64,000 nucleotides of DNA from Candidatus Multivorans sp. (GCA_965220845.1 CBDCRA010000005.1:294290-358289), one strand, 5' to 3'. Positions 18,339 through 29,294 are shown, counted from the first letter of the stretch. The notes: generated from the letters alone by a model not told the origin. A program made the numbers and translations.

Positions 18339-20120
18339 GTGCCGGAGTCTCTCGATCGGCGGGTGCAAGCGCTCGAAGCGCGAGTCCGCGAGCTGCAGGA
18401 GGAGGTCGCCACCCTCCGAGGCAAGGCGGAAGATGAGCAAGCTGCGGCGCCGTCCGGCGCGGAAGCGCCCGAGTCCCCGCCTGCTTCGATCGAGCCGAAC
18501 TCTCAGCCCGTCGCGACCGCCAGGGCGGCCCGCAAACCCAGGCGCGCCGCCTGGCGCGACATCGACTTCGAGTCGCTGATCGGCGGCCGCTGGCTGAACC
18601 GGATCGGCATCCTCACGCTCCTGATCGCGGCCGCGTTCTTCCTGCGCTACGCGTTCGAGAACGAGTGGATCGGGCCGACAGGACGCGTCCTGATCGGGCT
18701 CGTGAGCGGCCTCGCGCTCGCCGGTTACGGCGAGTGGCTCGCGGCACGGAAGATGCGCTACTTCGCCGAGGGGATGTCGGCGCTCGGCGCCGGCGTCGTC
18801 TACCTCTCGGGCTACGCGGCGTGGGACTTCTACGCCCTCGTGCCGCAACCGGCGGCGTTCGCGTTCCTCGCCCTCGTCACCGCGGCGGTCATCGGCCTGT
18901 CCGTACGGCGCGACTCGCAGCGGCTGGCGGCCCTGGCGCTCGCCGGCGGCTACCTGACGCCGGCGTTGCTCAGCACCGGGACGGACGCCCAGGTCGTCCT
19001 CTTCAGCTACCTCGCCCTGCTCAGCGCCAGCCTGCTCGCGCTGGCCCTGTTGCGCGGTTTCCGCGTCCTGGCGCCGGCCGCCCTGGTCGCGACCGCCGTC
19101 TACTTCATTGCCTGGTACGTGGAGTTCTACGAGGGCGAGCGGCTCCTCTCGACGGCTCTCTTCGGCACGCTCTTCTACGCCATCTACTTCGCTCTTCCTC
19201 TGGCCCGGGTGCGCCAGGCGCGGCGGCTGCGCCCGACCGAGCTCGGTGTGCTGGTTCTGGCGCTCGGCTTCTTCGTTCTGCTGCTGCAGCAACTCCTCTA
19301 CGAGGAACACCGGTGGTGGCTGACGGGCGCCGTTCTCGCCCTGGCGGCCGTCCACCTGGCCGTTTCCCGCGCGCTCGGGAGCTGGAGCCCCGGCGAAGAG
19401 CGGCGAAGCCGGCAACTCCAGGACCTGTTCGCCGTCCTCGCCGCGCTGCTGGCCACGATCGCGTTCCCGATCCGGCTCGAGGGCGACTGGATCACCCTTG
19501 CGTGGACCGCGGAGGCCGTTGCGCTGGCGATTGCCGGAACGCGGCTGCCGGCGATCTGGATGCGGGCCTTCTCCGTCGCGCTGTTCGCGGTCGTCCTGTT
19601 GATGACGCCGTCGGCCTTCGGCGGCGAGCGCGACCTCCTCTTCGCCAACCTGCGCTTCCTGACGCTCGCCGGAGTAGCGGCCGGCCTCGTCGTCGCCGCC
19701 CTTTATGTGCGCAGCCGGCTGAAGACGAAGGTGCGGATGGAGACGCCCGTCTGGGCCGTCGCGCTCGTCGTCGCCAACGTCGTCGCGCTCGTCGCCGTGT
19801 CGACCGAGTCGTGGGATCTCGTCCAGGCGTTGGACGTCGACCTCGACCTCGATCTGGCCGCCCAGGTCGTCCTGTCGGCCGTCTGGCTCCTGTGGGCAGC
19901 CGCCCTGATCGCCGCCGGCATCCGCCGGAGCGCCCCCGGCCTGCGCTGGCAGGGCCTGGCGCTGCTGCTCGTCGTAGTGGGCAAGACCTTCCTCATCGAC
20001 CTGTCCTTCCTGGAGCAGGGCTACCGGATCCTGGCCTTCCTGATCGTCGGGGCGCTGCTGGTGGCGGTGTCGTTCCTGTACCAGCGAAGTCGCCGCGAGG
20101 GTTCGGAGGCGGAGGAGTAG
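18339..20120 (+). CDS. DUF2339-like polytopic membrane protein
   Basis: N-terminal coiled coil, FESLIGGRWLNRIG, many TM segments and KTFLIDL...RILAF C-terminus. Confidence 0.85.
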   Translation: MPESLDRRVQALEARVRELQEEVATLRGKAEDEQAAAPSGAEAPESPPASIEPNSQPVATARAARKPRRAAWRDIDFESLIGGRWLNRIGILTLLIAAAFFLRYAFENEWIGPTGRVLIGLVSGLALAGYGEWLAARKMRYFAEGMSALGAGVVYLSGYAAWDFYALVPQPAAFAFLALVTAAVIGLSVRRDSQRLAALALAGGYLTPALLSTGTDAQVVLFSYLALLSASLLALALLRGFRVLAPAALVATAVYFIAWYVEFYEGERLLSTALFGTLFYAIYFALPLARVRQARRLRPTELGVLVLALGFFVLLLQQLLYEEHRWWLTGAVLALAAVHLAVSRALGSWSPGEERRSRQLQDLFAVLAALLATIAFPIRLEGDWITLAWTAEAVALAIAGTRLPAIWMRAFSVALFAVVLLMTPSAFGGERDLLFANLRFLTLAGVAAGLVVAALYVRSRLKTKVRMETPVWAVALVVANVVALVAVSTESWDLVQALDVDLDLDLAAQVVLSAVWLLWAAALIAAGIRRSAPGLRWQGLALLLVVVGKTFLIDLSFLEQGYRILAFLIVGALLVAVSFLYQRSRREGSEAEE

Positions 20121-20123
20121 GTC

Positions 20124-21548
20124 TTAGGGCCTCACATTCCGCGCTGCCTCCAGATCACCGAAGTCCGTACCGAGCAGACGGTCCGCCAGGCGGAAGGCCC
20201 GCGCGGCCTGGGGAGCCGAGGGTGGGCCGGGCTCGTTGCGCTCAGCATTGAGCGTGAAGCGGAGGAACCCGCCGATCGGGCCGGGTCCGAAGAGAAGCGT
20301 CGCTTCGGGCTCTTCGCCGCCGGCCGCTTCGCGGTAGTCATCGCCGTCGCGGACCAGATCGAACGTGCCGGTGTCGGTGAGCGTCCGTTCCGTCGTCCTG
20401 CCACCGCCGCAGACGCGGTGGGCGTCGGCGGCCTGGACGACGGCGCGTTCGAGGAGTTCCGGCCGGTAGTCGAGCCGCTCGCCTTCCGCGATGGCCAGGC
20501 AGAGGAGGATGAGCGGGAAGTCGCCGAGCGCTCCGGCGAGAGTGCTCACTCCAGCGCCGAGTCGCGGGTTGAGTTCCGTGGGCAGGAAGCCCTCCTCGGT
20601 CAGGATGCCGTCGATGCCGAACGACCCGCGGAAACCGACCTGTTCGCGCAGCGCGGCGCCGACGCGGCGGGCGAGTTCGCGCATCGTCTCGCGATCGTCC
20701 GGTCTTGGATCGAACCAGGTGGAGCAGCCGGCGTAGAAGATGCGGTCGCCCGTCGCCGGCCGGAGGACCAGCATCTCGACTGGGCGGAAGGCGACGACAG
20801 CGTTTGGGAACACGACGCCGTGGATGCTCGCCGGAATCCCCTCCAGGAAGGGCATGACGCGAACGCGGTCGGCGATTCGCGCCAGGTCCGCCGCGGCCTG
20901 CCGTCCGTCGTCGCCGGGTCGTACCCAGCGCAGCGCGACGGCGCCAGCGTTGGCGCCTTCGCGGGCGTCCGGCGCCCAGACGGTGCCGTGGCCTCGGTCC
21001 AACGCGTTGGCGGCGGTTCGGAGAGCCTCGTGTTCGGCCGGAACCACCTGAGCCGGCGCGCGCAGCACGCCGACCGTGTCCCAGAAGGCGTCGATGACGA
21101 CCTTGTCTTCCAGGTCGATCCACTCCCTGGGCCGTGCGGCGTAGGCGCTTCGCCTCGCCACCGGCCGGGGCTCGGCCAGCGGGTCCGTGTGCAGTGTCCG
21201 CGCCGTTCCCTCGGGATCCCAGGCGTCGACCGCTTCCTGCACCGCGGAAGGAAGGTGGGCCAGTGCGCGCTGGACGTTGCGGTTGTGCTCCAGCGGATCC
21301 GTTCCGCGAACGTCGAGCACGCGCAGCTCCGCATCTTCCCGGGGCGGCAGCGGTCCCGTTCCGTGGCTCCCGGCGACCACGAAGGGCCGCGCCGCGCCGA
21401 GTCCGCGGAGTTCGAGGGCCACGTTGCCGAGCCCCACCGCGATGTTGCCGGGCAGCACGAACCCGCGGCCCTCGAAGACGGGCCGCAAGAGGGCGCTTTA
21501 GTAGGCCCTCGCTTCTTCCAGAAGCGCTGAAATCGGAACGTCGCTCAC
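20124..21548 (-). pseudogene. ATP-grasp-like protein with in-frame TAA at codon 17 (or true start at TTG 21488)
   Basis: VRVMPFLEG, FRGSFGIDG and ELNPR ATP-grasp-like motifs. The upstream GTG at 21548 is in frame but interrupted by TAA at 21498-21500. Confidence 0.55.
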
Positions 21549-21563
21549 GATGATGCTCTACGG

Positions 21564-22973
21564 CTACGGGGCGCCGACGTCCTCGCGCCAGCGTTCGAGC
21601 GCCGCCATCATCTCTTCCACCCGCTGCGGCTCATCGGCGGCAAGGTCGGTCGTCTCGCCGAGATCAGCCTCCAGGTCGAAGAGCATGGGCACCGGATCGG
21701 CGATCTCCTCGCCTTCCGCCGCGGCGGCTTGCTGTGTCCGGCGGTCGATGACCAGCTTGTAGCGGCCGTCCCGTACCGCGGCGCCGCGCCAGAACTGGGC
21801 GGGGCTGCTCCAGAAGAGTCGGCGGGGCGGCGCATCTTCGCCATCGAACAGGACCGGGCCGATGTCGATGCCGTCGAACGGCAGGTCGGGATGCGCGGTG
21901 CCGCCGGCCATCAAGAGGACGGTCGGCATCACGTCGAGCGTCGAAGTGATCGTGGCGGACGTCGACCCGGCATCGATGCGGCCTGGCATCGACGCGATCG
22001 AGGGAACGCGGTGGCCGCCCTCCCAGTAGCTGGCCTTGTGGCCGCGCAGCGGTCCGTTGGAACCCAACCGGGTGGCGCCGTTGTCCGAGAAGAACCAGAC
22101 CAGCGTGTTCTCAGAAAGGCCCTGCTCCTCCAAGGCGTCGAGGACGCGGCCGATACTTGCGTCCATCGACTCGACCATCTCGCGGTAGGCGCGCTTCCGA
22201 TCGGTCACCGCGCCGACGCCCGGAAACGTGTCTTCGCCTGCGTAGCGCTCAGCCGGGTCGCCCGGACCCTGGTACGGGTAGTGCGGAGCGTGGTGGGCCA
22301 GGTAGAGGAAGAACGGTTCGTCCCGGTGCTCTGCGATGAACCGCTCGGCGTGGTCTCCGATCAGGTCGGTCAGGTAGCCGTCCTCGGACTCGAGCGTCTC
22401 GTCGTTCCACCAGTCGGGCCGACCCATGCGGTCGACGTGGGACTGGTAGTCGATGTTGCCGCTGACGAAGCCACGGAACTCGTCGAAGCCGTGAAGGGGC
22501 GGCTTGAACTGCGGGAGATAGCCGAGGTGCCACTTGCCGAACACGGCCGTCGCGTAGCCGAGCTGTTGGAAGGCTTCGCCGAGCGTGTGCGCCTCGGCGT
22601 CGATGCCTTGGTGGTACAGCGGACTGTCCGAGTTAGCGACCAGGACGGCGGGAACGCCAGCCCGGTGCTGGTACCTGCCGGTGACCAGGCCGGCGCGGGT
22701 TGGCGAGCACACCGCGCCGCTGGTGTGGAAGTCGGTCAGCATCACCCCGGCCGCGGCCAACCGGTCCAGGTGCGGCGTCTCGATCCAGCCGTCGTACGGG
22801 CTGATGTCCCCGTAACCGAGGTCGTCGGCCATGATGAGGATGATGTTCGGCGGTTGACCGTCCTCGCCGTGCCCGGCCGAATCGACTTCGCCTGGCGGCG
22901 TGCCGCAGCCGACCGCGGCGGCGGCCACGGCGCAGGCAAGTGCAGCGGAGCGGGTGCCGTGGTGTTCGTTCAC
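21564..22973 (-). CDS. Cys-type sulfatase, predicted lipoprotein
   Basis: DDLGYGD, CSPTR, GKWHLG, SDNG and WEGGHRVP; AVGC lipobox. Confidence 0.93.
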   Translation of the reverse strand: MNEHHGTRSAALACAVAAAAVGCGTPPGEVDSAGHGEDGQPPNIILIMADDLGYGDISPYDGWIETPHLDRLAAAGVMLTDFHTSGAVCSPTRAGLVTGRYQHRAGVPAVLVANSDSPLYHQGIDAEAHTLGEAFQQLGYATAVFGKWHLGYLPQFKPPLHGFDEFRGFVSGNIDYQSHVDRMGRPDWWNDETLESEDGYLTDLIGDHAERFIAEHRDEPFFLYLAHHAPHYPYQGPGDPAERYAGEDTFPGVGAVTDRKRAYREMVESMDASIGRVLDALEEQGLSENTLVWFFSDNGATRLGSNGPLRGHKASYWEGGHRVPSIASMPGRIDAGSTSATITSTLDVMPTVLLMAGGTAHPDLPFDGIDIGPVLFDGEDAPPRRLFWSSPAQFWRGAAVRDGRYKLVIDRRTQQAAAAEGEEIADPVPMLFDLEADLGETTDLAADEPQRVEEMMAALERWREDVGAP

Positions 22974-23076
22974 TGCCGGTAACCCCTTTTGTTGCGGTTA
23001 CTTCGATGCCCGATCGTATACTCGGCCCACAGCACACTCACATGCGCAAGCCGCCAATGGCGCATTGCTGACCAGC

Positions 23077-23781
23077 GTGCGCGAACAGACGCTCTACCCG
23101 CCGGTCAAGGCGTTCCTCGAGGGACAGGGCTACGCCGTCAAGGGAGAGGTCAACGGTTGCGACCTCGTCGCGGTCCGGGGTGAGGAGCCGCCCCTGATCG
23201 TCGAGCTGAAGACGAGTTTCTCCCTGCCCCTGGTGTTCCAGGGAATCGCACGGCAGGCTCTCTCCGATCACGTTTACCTCGCGGTTCCACCGTTCTCGGG
23301 CCGAACGACCCGCAAGAAGGATGCCCTCGGGCTGTGCCGCCGCCTCGGGCTCGGTCTGCTGACGGTGAGACTCGAGCCGACGCCCTTCGTGGAGGCGCTG
23401 GCCGACCCGGGGCCGTACCGGCCGCGCCAGCGGAAGCACGCGATCGGACGGTTGCTGCGGGAGTTCCAGCGGCGGGTGGGCGATCCGAACCAGGGTGGCT
23501 CGACCGGCCGCCCGATCATGACCGCCTACCGGCAGGACGCCCTGCGCTGCGCCGTCCATCTCCGTCTGCACGGTCCGACGAAGGCTGCCTTGGTCGCCAG
23601 GGGAACGGGAGTCGCCCGGGCCAGGGCGATCATGTACGCGGACCACTACGGCTGGTTCGAACGCGCCGCCGATGTACCTCCCGGCGTCTACCGGTTGACG
23701 CCGAAGGGCCACGCGGCGCTCGAGCAGTACGCCGACGCGGTGGCGGCGCTGGAGCGGAGCGACAGTAGCCTAGGAGTGTGA
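23077..23781 (+). CDS. DUF2161 putative PD-(D/E)XK protein
   Basis: LYPPVKAFLEGQGYAVKGEV...CDLVA...IVELK...MTAYRQDAL...YGWF. Confidence 0.85.
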   Translation: MREQTLYPPVKAFLEGQGYAVKGEVNGCDLVAVRGEEPPLIVELKTSFSLPLVFQGIARQALSDHVYLAVPPFSGRTTRKKDALGLCRRLGLGLLTVRLEPTPFVEALADPGPYRPRQRKHAIGRLLREFQRRVGDPNQGGSTGRPIMTAYRQDALRCAVHLRLHGPTKAALVARGTGVARARAIMYADHYGWFERAADVPPGVYRLTPKGHAALEQYADAVAALERSDSSLGV

Positions 23782-25124
23782 CCCGTAAGCCGACGACCGC
23801 CGGCCTGTTCGAGGACGCCGCGGAGCCTGTCTCCGGGGCGTCCGCGCCGCTCGCCGAACGGATGCGCCCGGCCACGTTCGACGAGTTCGTCGGCCAGCAG
23901 CACATCCTCGCCGAGGACAGGGTGCTGCGCCGTTCCATCGAGGCGGACCGGGTGCCGTCGCTCCTGTTCTGGGGTCCGCCCGGCTCCGGCAAGACGACCC
24001 TGGCGCGGCTGATCGCGACGACGACCCAGGCCCACTTCGAGCCCGTGAGCGCCGTGTCGGCCGGTGTCGCCGACCTGCGCCGGGCGGTCAAGGGAGCGCA
24101 GGACCTCCGATCCCTCTACGGCCGGCCGACGATCCTGTTCGTCGACGAGATCCACCGCTTCAACAAAGGTCAGCAGGACGTGATCCTGCCTCACGTCGAG
24201 GACGGCACGATCACCTTCATCGGCGCGACGACGGAGAACCCGTCCTTCGAGGTCAACGCGCCGCTGCTGTCGCGCTGCCGGGTGTTCACGCTGCACGCGT
24301 TGGACGAAGACGCGATGACCGGGATCGTCCAGCGCGCGCTGGCGGACGAGGACCGCGGTCTGGGCCTGCTGGCCCCGGAACTGGAACCGGACGCGGTGGC
24401 GCATCTCGTCAACATCGCGAACGGCGACGCCCGGGTGGCGCTGAACGCCCTGGAAATGGCGGTCGTCGCCGCCGAGCCGGGAGAGGGCGGCGTGCGGTGC
24501 ATCGACATGGAGGCCATCTCGGACGCCCTGCAGCGGCGAACACCGCAGTACGACAAGGCCGGCGACAGCCACTACGACACGATCTCGGCCTTCATCAAGT
24601 CCGTGCGCGGCTCTTCGCCCGATGGCGCCCTGTACTGGCTGGCCCGGATGCTGGAAGCCGGCGAGGATCCGCTGTTCATCGCCCGCCGACTCGTCATCCT
24701 GGCCGCCGAGGACATCGGGCTGGCGAACCCCGGCGCGTTGCCGGTCGCCGTCGCCGCCCAGCAGGCCGTCCACTTCATCGGCCTGCCCGAAGGCCGCATC
24801 CCCTTGGCCGAGGCGACGGTCTACCTGGCGACCTCGCCCAAGAGCAACGCCGCCTACGTGGCCCTCGGCCGCGCGATGGCGGACGTGCGGGATTCACCGC
24901 ACGAACCAGTACCCTTGCATCTACGCAACGCGGTCACGGGCCTCATGCGCGGCATGGGCTACGGCAAGGACTACAAGTACAGCCACGACTTCGAGGGCAA
25001 CTTCGAGGAGCAGGAGTACCTGCCGCCCGGTCTGTCCGGCCGCCGCTACTACGAGCCCTCTGACCAGGGCTCCGAGGCCGCGATCGCCGAACGGCTACGC
25101 CGCTGGTGGGGCGAGGAAGACTGA
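23778..25124 (+). CDS. rarA: Replication-associated recombination protein A
   Basis: PLAERMRP, GPPGSGKTT, DEIHRFNK, ATTENPSF, SAFIKSVRGS and KSN. Confidence 0.96.
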   Translation: MTRKPTTAGLFEDAAEPVSGASAPLAERMRPATFDEFVGQQHILAEDRVLRRSIEADRVPSLLFWGPPGSGKTTLARLIATTTQAHFEPVSAVSAGVADLRRAVKGAQDLRSLYGRPTILFVDEIHRFNKGQQDVILPHVEDGTITFIGATTENPSFEVNAPLLSRCRVFTLHALDEDAMTGIVQRALADEDRGLGLLAPELEPDAVAHLVNIANGDARVALNALEMAVVAAEPGEGGVRCIDMEAISDALQRRTPQYDKAGDSHYDTISAFIKSVRGSSPDGALYWLARMLEAGEDPLFIARRLVILAAEDIGLANPGALPVAVAAQQAVHFIGLPEGRIPLAEATVYLATSPKSNAAYVALGRAMADVRDSPHEPVPLHLRNAVTGLMRGMGYGKDYKYSHDFEGNFEEQEYLPPGLSGRRYYEPSDQGSEAAIAERLRRWWGEED

Positions 25125-25215
25125 CCGAAGTCACCGCTCCGCGGCCAACGTGATGGGGCATATGATTCATCCTGGCCCGGGTCGCCTTGACCTCTCATAA
25201 AGGAGCCCCAGAGAA

Positions 25216-25836
25216 ATGCGCGCGAACTGCCCCAGGACCACGACTCTTCTTCGCGCGGCCTTCGCCCTGCTGTTGCTGGGCGCCGCCGCGACGACATCAG
25301 CCCAGGACCTTGAAGAGGACTTCGCCGCCGCGACCGCAGGTGCGCCGGCTGCGGGACGGGCGGTCCTCTACAGTTGCGACATTCCGACGAACCGCGTGGG
25401 CTTCGGCTATCTACAGGAACGGCCTTCGGAAGAGGGCGTCAAGGCGGTCGACATCTATCTCCGCCTGTACGCCAACACCGGGATCACGCGAGGCAAGCAC
25501 GCAGTTCACATTCACGAGACGGCGTCCTGCAATCCATGCGGCACCGCTGGCGGGCACTTCGATCCCGGCCCCGACTCGAACACAAGCCCGGACGGCAACC
25601 ACCCCTTTCACGCTGGCGACCTCACGAACATCACGCTGGATCGCCAGGGCCGCGGCTACCACATGATGACGACGACGCGGGTGACGCTCTCCGACGGCCC
25701 TCTTTCCGTGTTCGACGAAGACGGCAGCGCGTTCATCATCCACACCAACCCCGACACCTACTGCCCCGAAGGCGAGGCCGCCGGCTGCGCCGGTGGTTCC
25801 AGGGCCGCCTGCGGCGTGATTACGCCATACCCGTAG
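25216..25836 (+). CDS. sodC: Periplasmic Cu/Zn superoxide dismutase
   Basis: Signal peptide, HAVHIHE, AGGHFDP, HAGDL, FIIH and GSRAACGVI. Confidence 0.88.
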   Translation: MRANCPRTTTLLRAAFALLLLGAAATTSAQDLEEDFAAATAGAPAAGRAVLYSCDIPTNRVGFGYLQERPSEEGVKAVDIYLRLYANTGITRGKHAVHIHETASCNPCGTAGGHFDPGPDSNTSPDGNHPFHAGDLTNITLDRQGRGYHMMTTTRVTLSDGPLSVFDEDGSAFIIHTNPDTYCPEGEAAGCAGGSRAACGVITPYP

Positions 25837-25885
25837 ATTCCTGGGGGCACTCCGGTGCCCGCGGGTGCCACCACTCGCCGGCGGG

Positions 25886-27226
25886 TCACCGAATCACGAG
25901 CACCCGCGCCTGCGGCGGATGGAGCCACTCGATGCCGCGCTCCGTGATCAACGCGTTTTCCTCGACGTTGATCGGGATCTTGTTGCCGTCCCACTCCTCG
26001 GCCGGCATGAAGACGATGTACTCGAGCGAGATGATCGAGTTGGGGCGGACGACGTACTTGGTCCTCTCCGGGAAGATCTCGAACAGGCTGGCGGCCATGT
26101 CGTGGCCGATGTTGCCGGCGGCGTGCATGCCGACGTTGACCTCGACGCCGGGCGCGTCCTGGGCGGCCTCCTCGAGTTCGGTGTAGACATAGCCGGCGTC
26201 CCGGATGAGCTGCTTCAGCTCGTCGAGCTGTTCGCGGCCGGTGCGGCCGGAGCGGACGTGCTTGCGGATGATCTCCTGCACCTTCTTCGATTCGGCGAAG
26301 GTCCTCAGCACGCCGGGGGGCGGCTCGGTCTCGCCCTCCCGCAGGACGTAGGCGAAGCGCTTCATGTCGGTCGAGAAGTTGTTCCGGCCGGCGCCCCAGT
26401 CGATCTGGAGCACGTCGCCGCGCTGGATGACGCGCTCGGTGCCGCCGATCTCGCTGCCGTCCGGGCGGTGGCTGTACACGGTCGGGTACCAGGCGCGCAG
26501 CAGATCGTAGTCGTGCAGCTTCTGCTCCAGCCAGCGCGCGACGTCGTTGTGGGTCGTCTTGCCCGGGGTGATGACCTCGTTGGACAGCGCCCGCTCCAGG
26601 AGCCGGCGGGTGAGGTCGGCGACCTTCGAGAACTCGACGATCTCGCCGGCAACCCGCTCGCCGTGGAAGTCGGCGATCAGGTGCTGGGCCGAGGTGAACC
26701 GCGCCGCGTACTTCTCGCCCAGTTCGCTCGTCAGGAACTTGAAGTCGGAGTGGGTGAGTCCGTCGGCGACGTGGAGTCCCTCGCTCTCGTACGGCACGGC
26801 GAGGTAGTTCAGGCCGATGGTTTCGGGATCGCGCTCCTCGACGATCGAACGCAGTTCGTCGAAGTCGCCGAACCGGTCGTAGGCGCCGCACTCTCTGGCC
26901 AGGTCGGTCTCGGGACCGAGCTGGATCCGTTCGATGCGGTCGCCGCCGCGGTCGGTGAAGATGAAGAACCCCTGGCCGTTCACCGTGGAGATGGCGAAGT
27001 CGAGCGTCATCGGCTGGGTGCCGCGGCCCCGGTCGATCACGATCCACATGTCGATCCCGCTGCGGCGCATGGCGCCCGGCAGGACGTAGTCGAACTTGTC
27101 GTGCCGGATCATGCAGGAGGTTTCCCACCTGGAGCGCACGTCGTCGGGTTCGGCGCTCGAAGCGGGCGCGGCGATGGCGGTGAAGGCCAGGGCAGCGGCG
27201 AGAACGGTCGGCAGCGAAGGCTTCAT
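25886..27226 (-). CDS. Secreted M24 (Xaa-Pro aminopeptidase-like) metallopeptidase
   Basis: Signal peptide; pita-bread fold ligands in IDWG, TDMKR, MHAAG, SLEY and VEEN. Confidence 0.8.
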   Translation of the reverse strand: MKPSLPTVLAAALAFTAIAAPASSAEPDDVRSRWETSCMIRHDKFDYVLPGAMRRSGIDMWIVIDRGRGTQPMTLDFAISTVNGQGFFIFTDRGGDRIERIQLGPETDLARECGAYDRFGDFDELRSIVEERDPETIGLNYLAVPYESEGLHVADGLTHSDFKFLTSELGEKYAARFTSAQHLIADFHGERVAGEIVEFSKVADLTRRLLERALSNEVITPGKTTHNDVARWLEQKLHDYDLLRAWYPTVYSHRPDGSEIGGTERVIQRGDVLQIDWGAGRNNFSTDMKRFAYVLREGETEPPPGVLRTFAESKKVQEIIRKHVRSGRTGREQLDELKQLIRDAGYVYTELEEAAQDAPGVEVNVGMHAAGNIGHDMAASLFEIFPERTKYVVRPNSIISLEYIVFMPAEEWDGNKIPINVEENALITERGIEWLHPPQARVLVIR

Positions 27227-27284
27227 CTTCGTTCTCCTTCTGGAAGTGAGTTGAAGTCACTATAGAGGGCGATAGCGTCGGCCC

Positions 27285-29294
27285 ATGAGATCCAAGCCGA
27301 TTCGCCTCCTGCTGCCGCTTCTCGTGCTCGCCGCGCCCGCCTGGGCGACGCCGGGCGACGAGGGGGCCACCGACGGCGCCGTTCCAGGCGGTACCGTCTC
27401 GCGCACCGAAGACCGGCCCGCCTGCCTCGACGCCACGCCGCTCCGCCAGGCGCTGTTCGGCGACCTGCACGTGCACACCAGCTTCTCCTTCGACGCGGCG
27501 GCTAACAGCACCGGCGCGACGCCGGCGGACGCCTACCGCTTCGCGAAGGGCGAAGCGATCCCGTTCTGGCCCATCGGAGAGGACGGCACGCCCGAGGGGA
27601 GCATCACGATCGACCGGCCGCTCGACTTCGTCGCGGTCACCGACCACGGCGAGTTCTTGGGCGAGCGCCGCCTGTGCCGGGATCCCGAATCGCCGCGTTA
27701 CGGCTCGGAGTTCTGCACCACGTTCCGCTCGAACCAGCGGTTGGGGATGCAGATGCTCGGCGCCGTGATCACCACCGAGACGCCGAGCCGGGTCGAGGAA
27801 GTCTGCGGCGCGGACGGGTCGCTGTGCCTGGAGTGGGCGATGAGCCCCTGGCAGGAGATCATCGAAGCGGCGGAGGACGCCTACGACCGGACGGCGGCAT
27901 GCCGTTTCACCAGCTTCGTGGGCTACGAGTACACCGGCACGCCGGGGATCTCGAACTACCACCGGAACGTCGTCTTCCGGGGCTCGGAGGTGCCGGAGCT
28001 GCCGGTTTCCTACGTCGACGCGCCCACCGACAGCCTGCTCTGGCAGGGGCTCGACGCGGTCTGCGGCGACGGGTCGGCGCGGCCGGGTTGCGACTACTTG
28101 ACTATCCCGCACAACAGCAATCTCGCGAACGGCCGGATGGCGCCGTACCGGGGCCTGGAGGGAACCCTCGAGGCCCGCCGCGCCTACGCGCAGAAGAGGC
28201 TGGAGCGGGAACCGATCATCGAGATCTTCCAGCACAAGGGCGGCTCCGAGTGCATCAACGGGCTGTCGACCGTCTTCGCGGAGCCGGACGAACTCTGCGA
28301 CGTGGAGGCGGTGCGGGTGATGGGCCGCGAGGAGACGGTCCAGTCCCTGCTCTCGAGCGAGACCACGTTGCGGACCGAGGAATGCCCGGAGGGTGAGAAC
28401 GGCAACCAGGGCATGCTCGGCGCCGGCTGCGTCGACCGGACGGACTTCGTTCGCTCGGCGCTCGTCGTCGGCCTGGAGGAGGAGATGGAGACCGGGCTCA
28501 ATCCGGTCAAGCTCGGCATCATCGCCTCGACCGACACGCACACGGCGACGCCGGGGGCGGTGGCTGAAGGGAATTGGGGCGGCGCGGTGTCCGTGGAGCA
28601 GACGCCCGAGGAGCGCCTTCAGCCGGGTCTCCTGACCAGCGGCATCGACGGCAACCCAGGTGGCCTCGCCGGCGTCTGGGCGGTCGAGAACTCACGCGAC
28701 GCGATCTTCGAGGCGATGGAGCGCCGCGAGGTGTTCGGCACCTCGGGTCCGCGGATCCGGCCCCGGTTCTTCGGCGGCTGGGACTACGACGCGAGCCTCT
28801 GCGACCAGACGGATCTGGTCGAACAGGCCTATGCCGGCGGCGTGCCGATGGGCGGCGACCTGACGGAAGCGTCCGCCGGCGCGGCGCCGACCTTCCTCGC
28901 CTTCGCCGCCCGCGATCCGGCGGACGGCGCCGGACTCCTGCAGCAACTCCAGCTCGTCAAGGGCTGGGTCGACGCCGACGGGACGGGCCGCACCCAGGTC
29001 ATCCCGATCGCCGGGTCGCCGGACAACGGAGCCAGCGTCGATCCGGCGACCGGCGAGCGAAGCGGCGACGGCCACGACACCCTCTGCACGGTCTACCGTG
29101 ACGAGGCCTTCGAAGCCGGCCTGCACGCCTACTACTATCTGCGGGTGGTCGAGAACCCCAGCCTGCGCTGGAGCTGGTACGACTGCCGGCGCCTCGCCCC
29201 GGAAGACCGACCCGCCGTCTGCTCGGACGGCTCCTATCCCGAGACGATCCAGGAGATGGCCTGGACGTCGCCGATCTGGTACCGGCCGGAGTAA
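27285..29294 (+). CDS. DUF3604 (PHP-like metallohydrolase) secreted protein
   Basis: FGDLHVHTSFSFDA, LDFVAVTDH, IPHNSN, STDTH, TSGPRI and AWTSPIW. Confidence 0.9.
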   Translation: MRSKPIRLLLPLLVLAAPAWATPGDEGATDGAVPGGTVSRTEDRPACLDATPLRQALFGDLHVHTSFSFDAAANSTGATPADAYRFAKGEAIPFWPIGEDGTPEGSITIDRPLDFVAVTDHGEFLGERRLCRDPESPRYGSEFCTTFRSNQRLGMQMLGAVITTETPSRVEEVCGADGSLCLEWAMSPWQEIIEAAEDAYDRTAACRFTSFVGYEYTGTPGISNYHRNVVFRGSEVPELPVSYVDAPTDSLLWQGLDAVCGDGSARPGCDYLTIPHNSNLANGRMAPYRGLEGTLEARRAYAQKRLEREPIIEIFQHKGGSECINGLSTVFAEPDELCDVEAVRVMGREETVQSLLSSETTLRTEECPEGENGNQGMLGAGCVDRTDFVRSALVVGLEEEMETGLNPVKLGIIASTDTHTATPGAVAEGNWGGAVSVEQTPEERLQPGLLTSGIDGNPGGLAGVWAVENSRDAIFEAMERREVFGTSGPRIRPRFFGGWDYDASLCDQTDLVEQAYAGGVPMGGDLTEASAGAAPTFLAFAARDPADGAGLLQQLQLVKGWVDADGTGRTQVIPIAGSPDNGASVDPATGERSGDGHDTLCTVYRDEAFEAGLHAYYYLRVVENPSLRWSWYDCRRLAPEDRPAVCSDGSYPETIQEMAWTSPIWYRPE

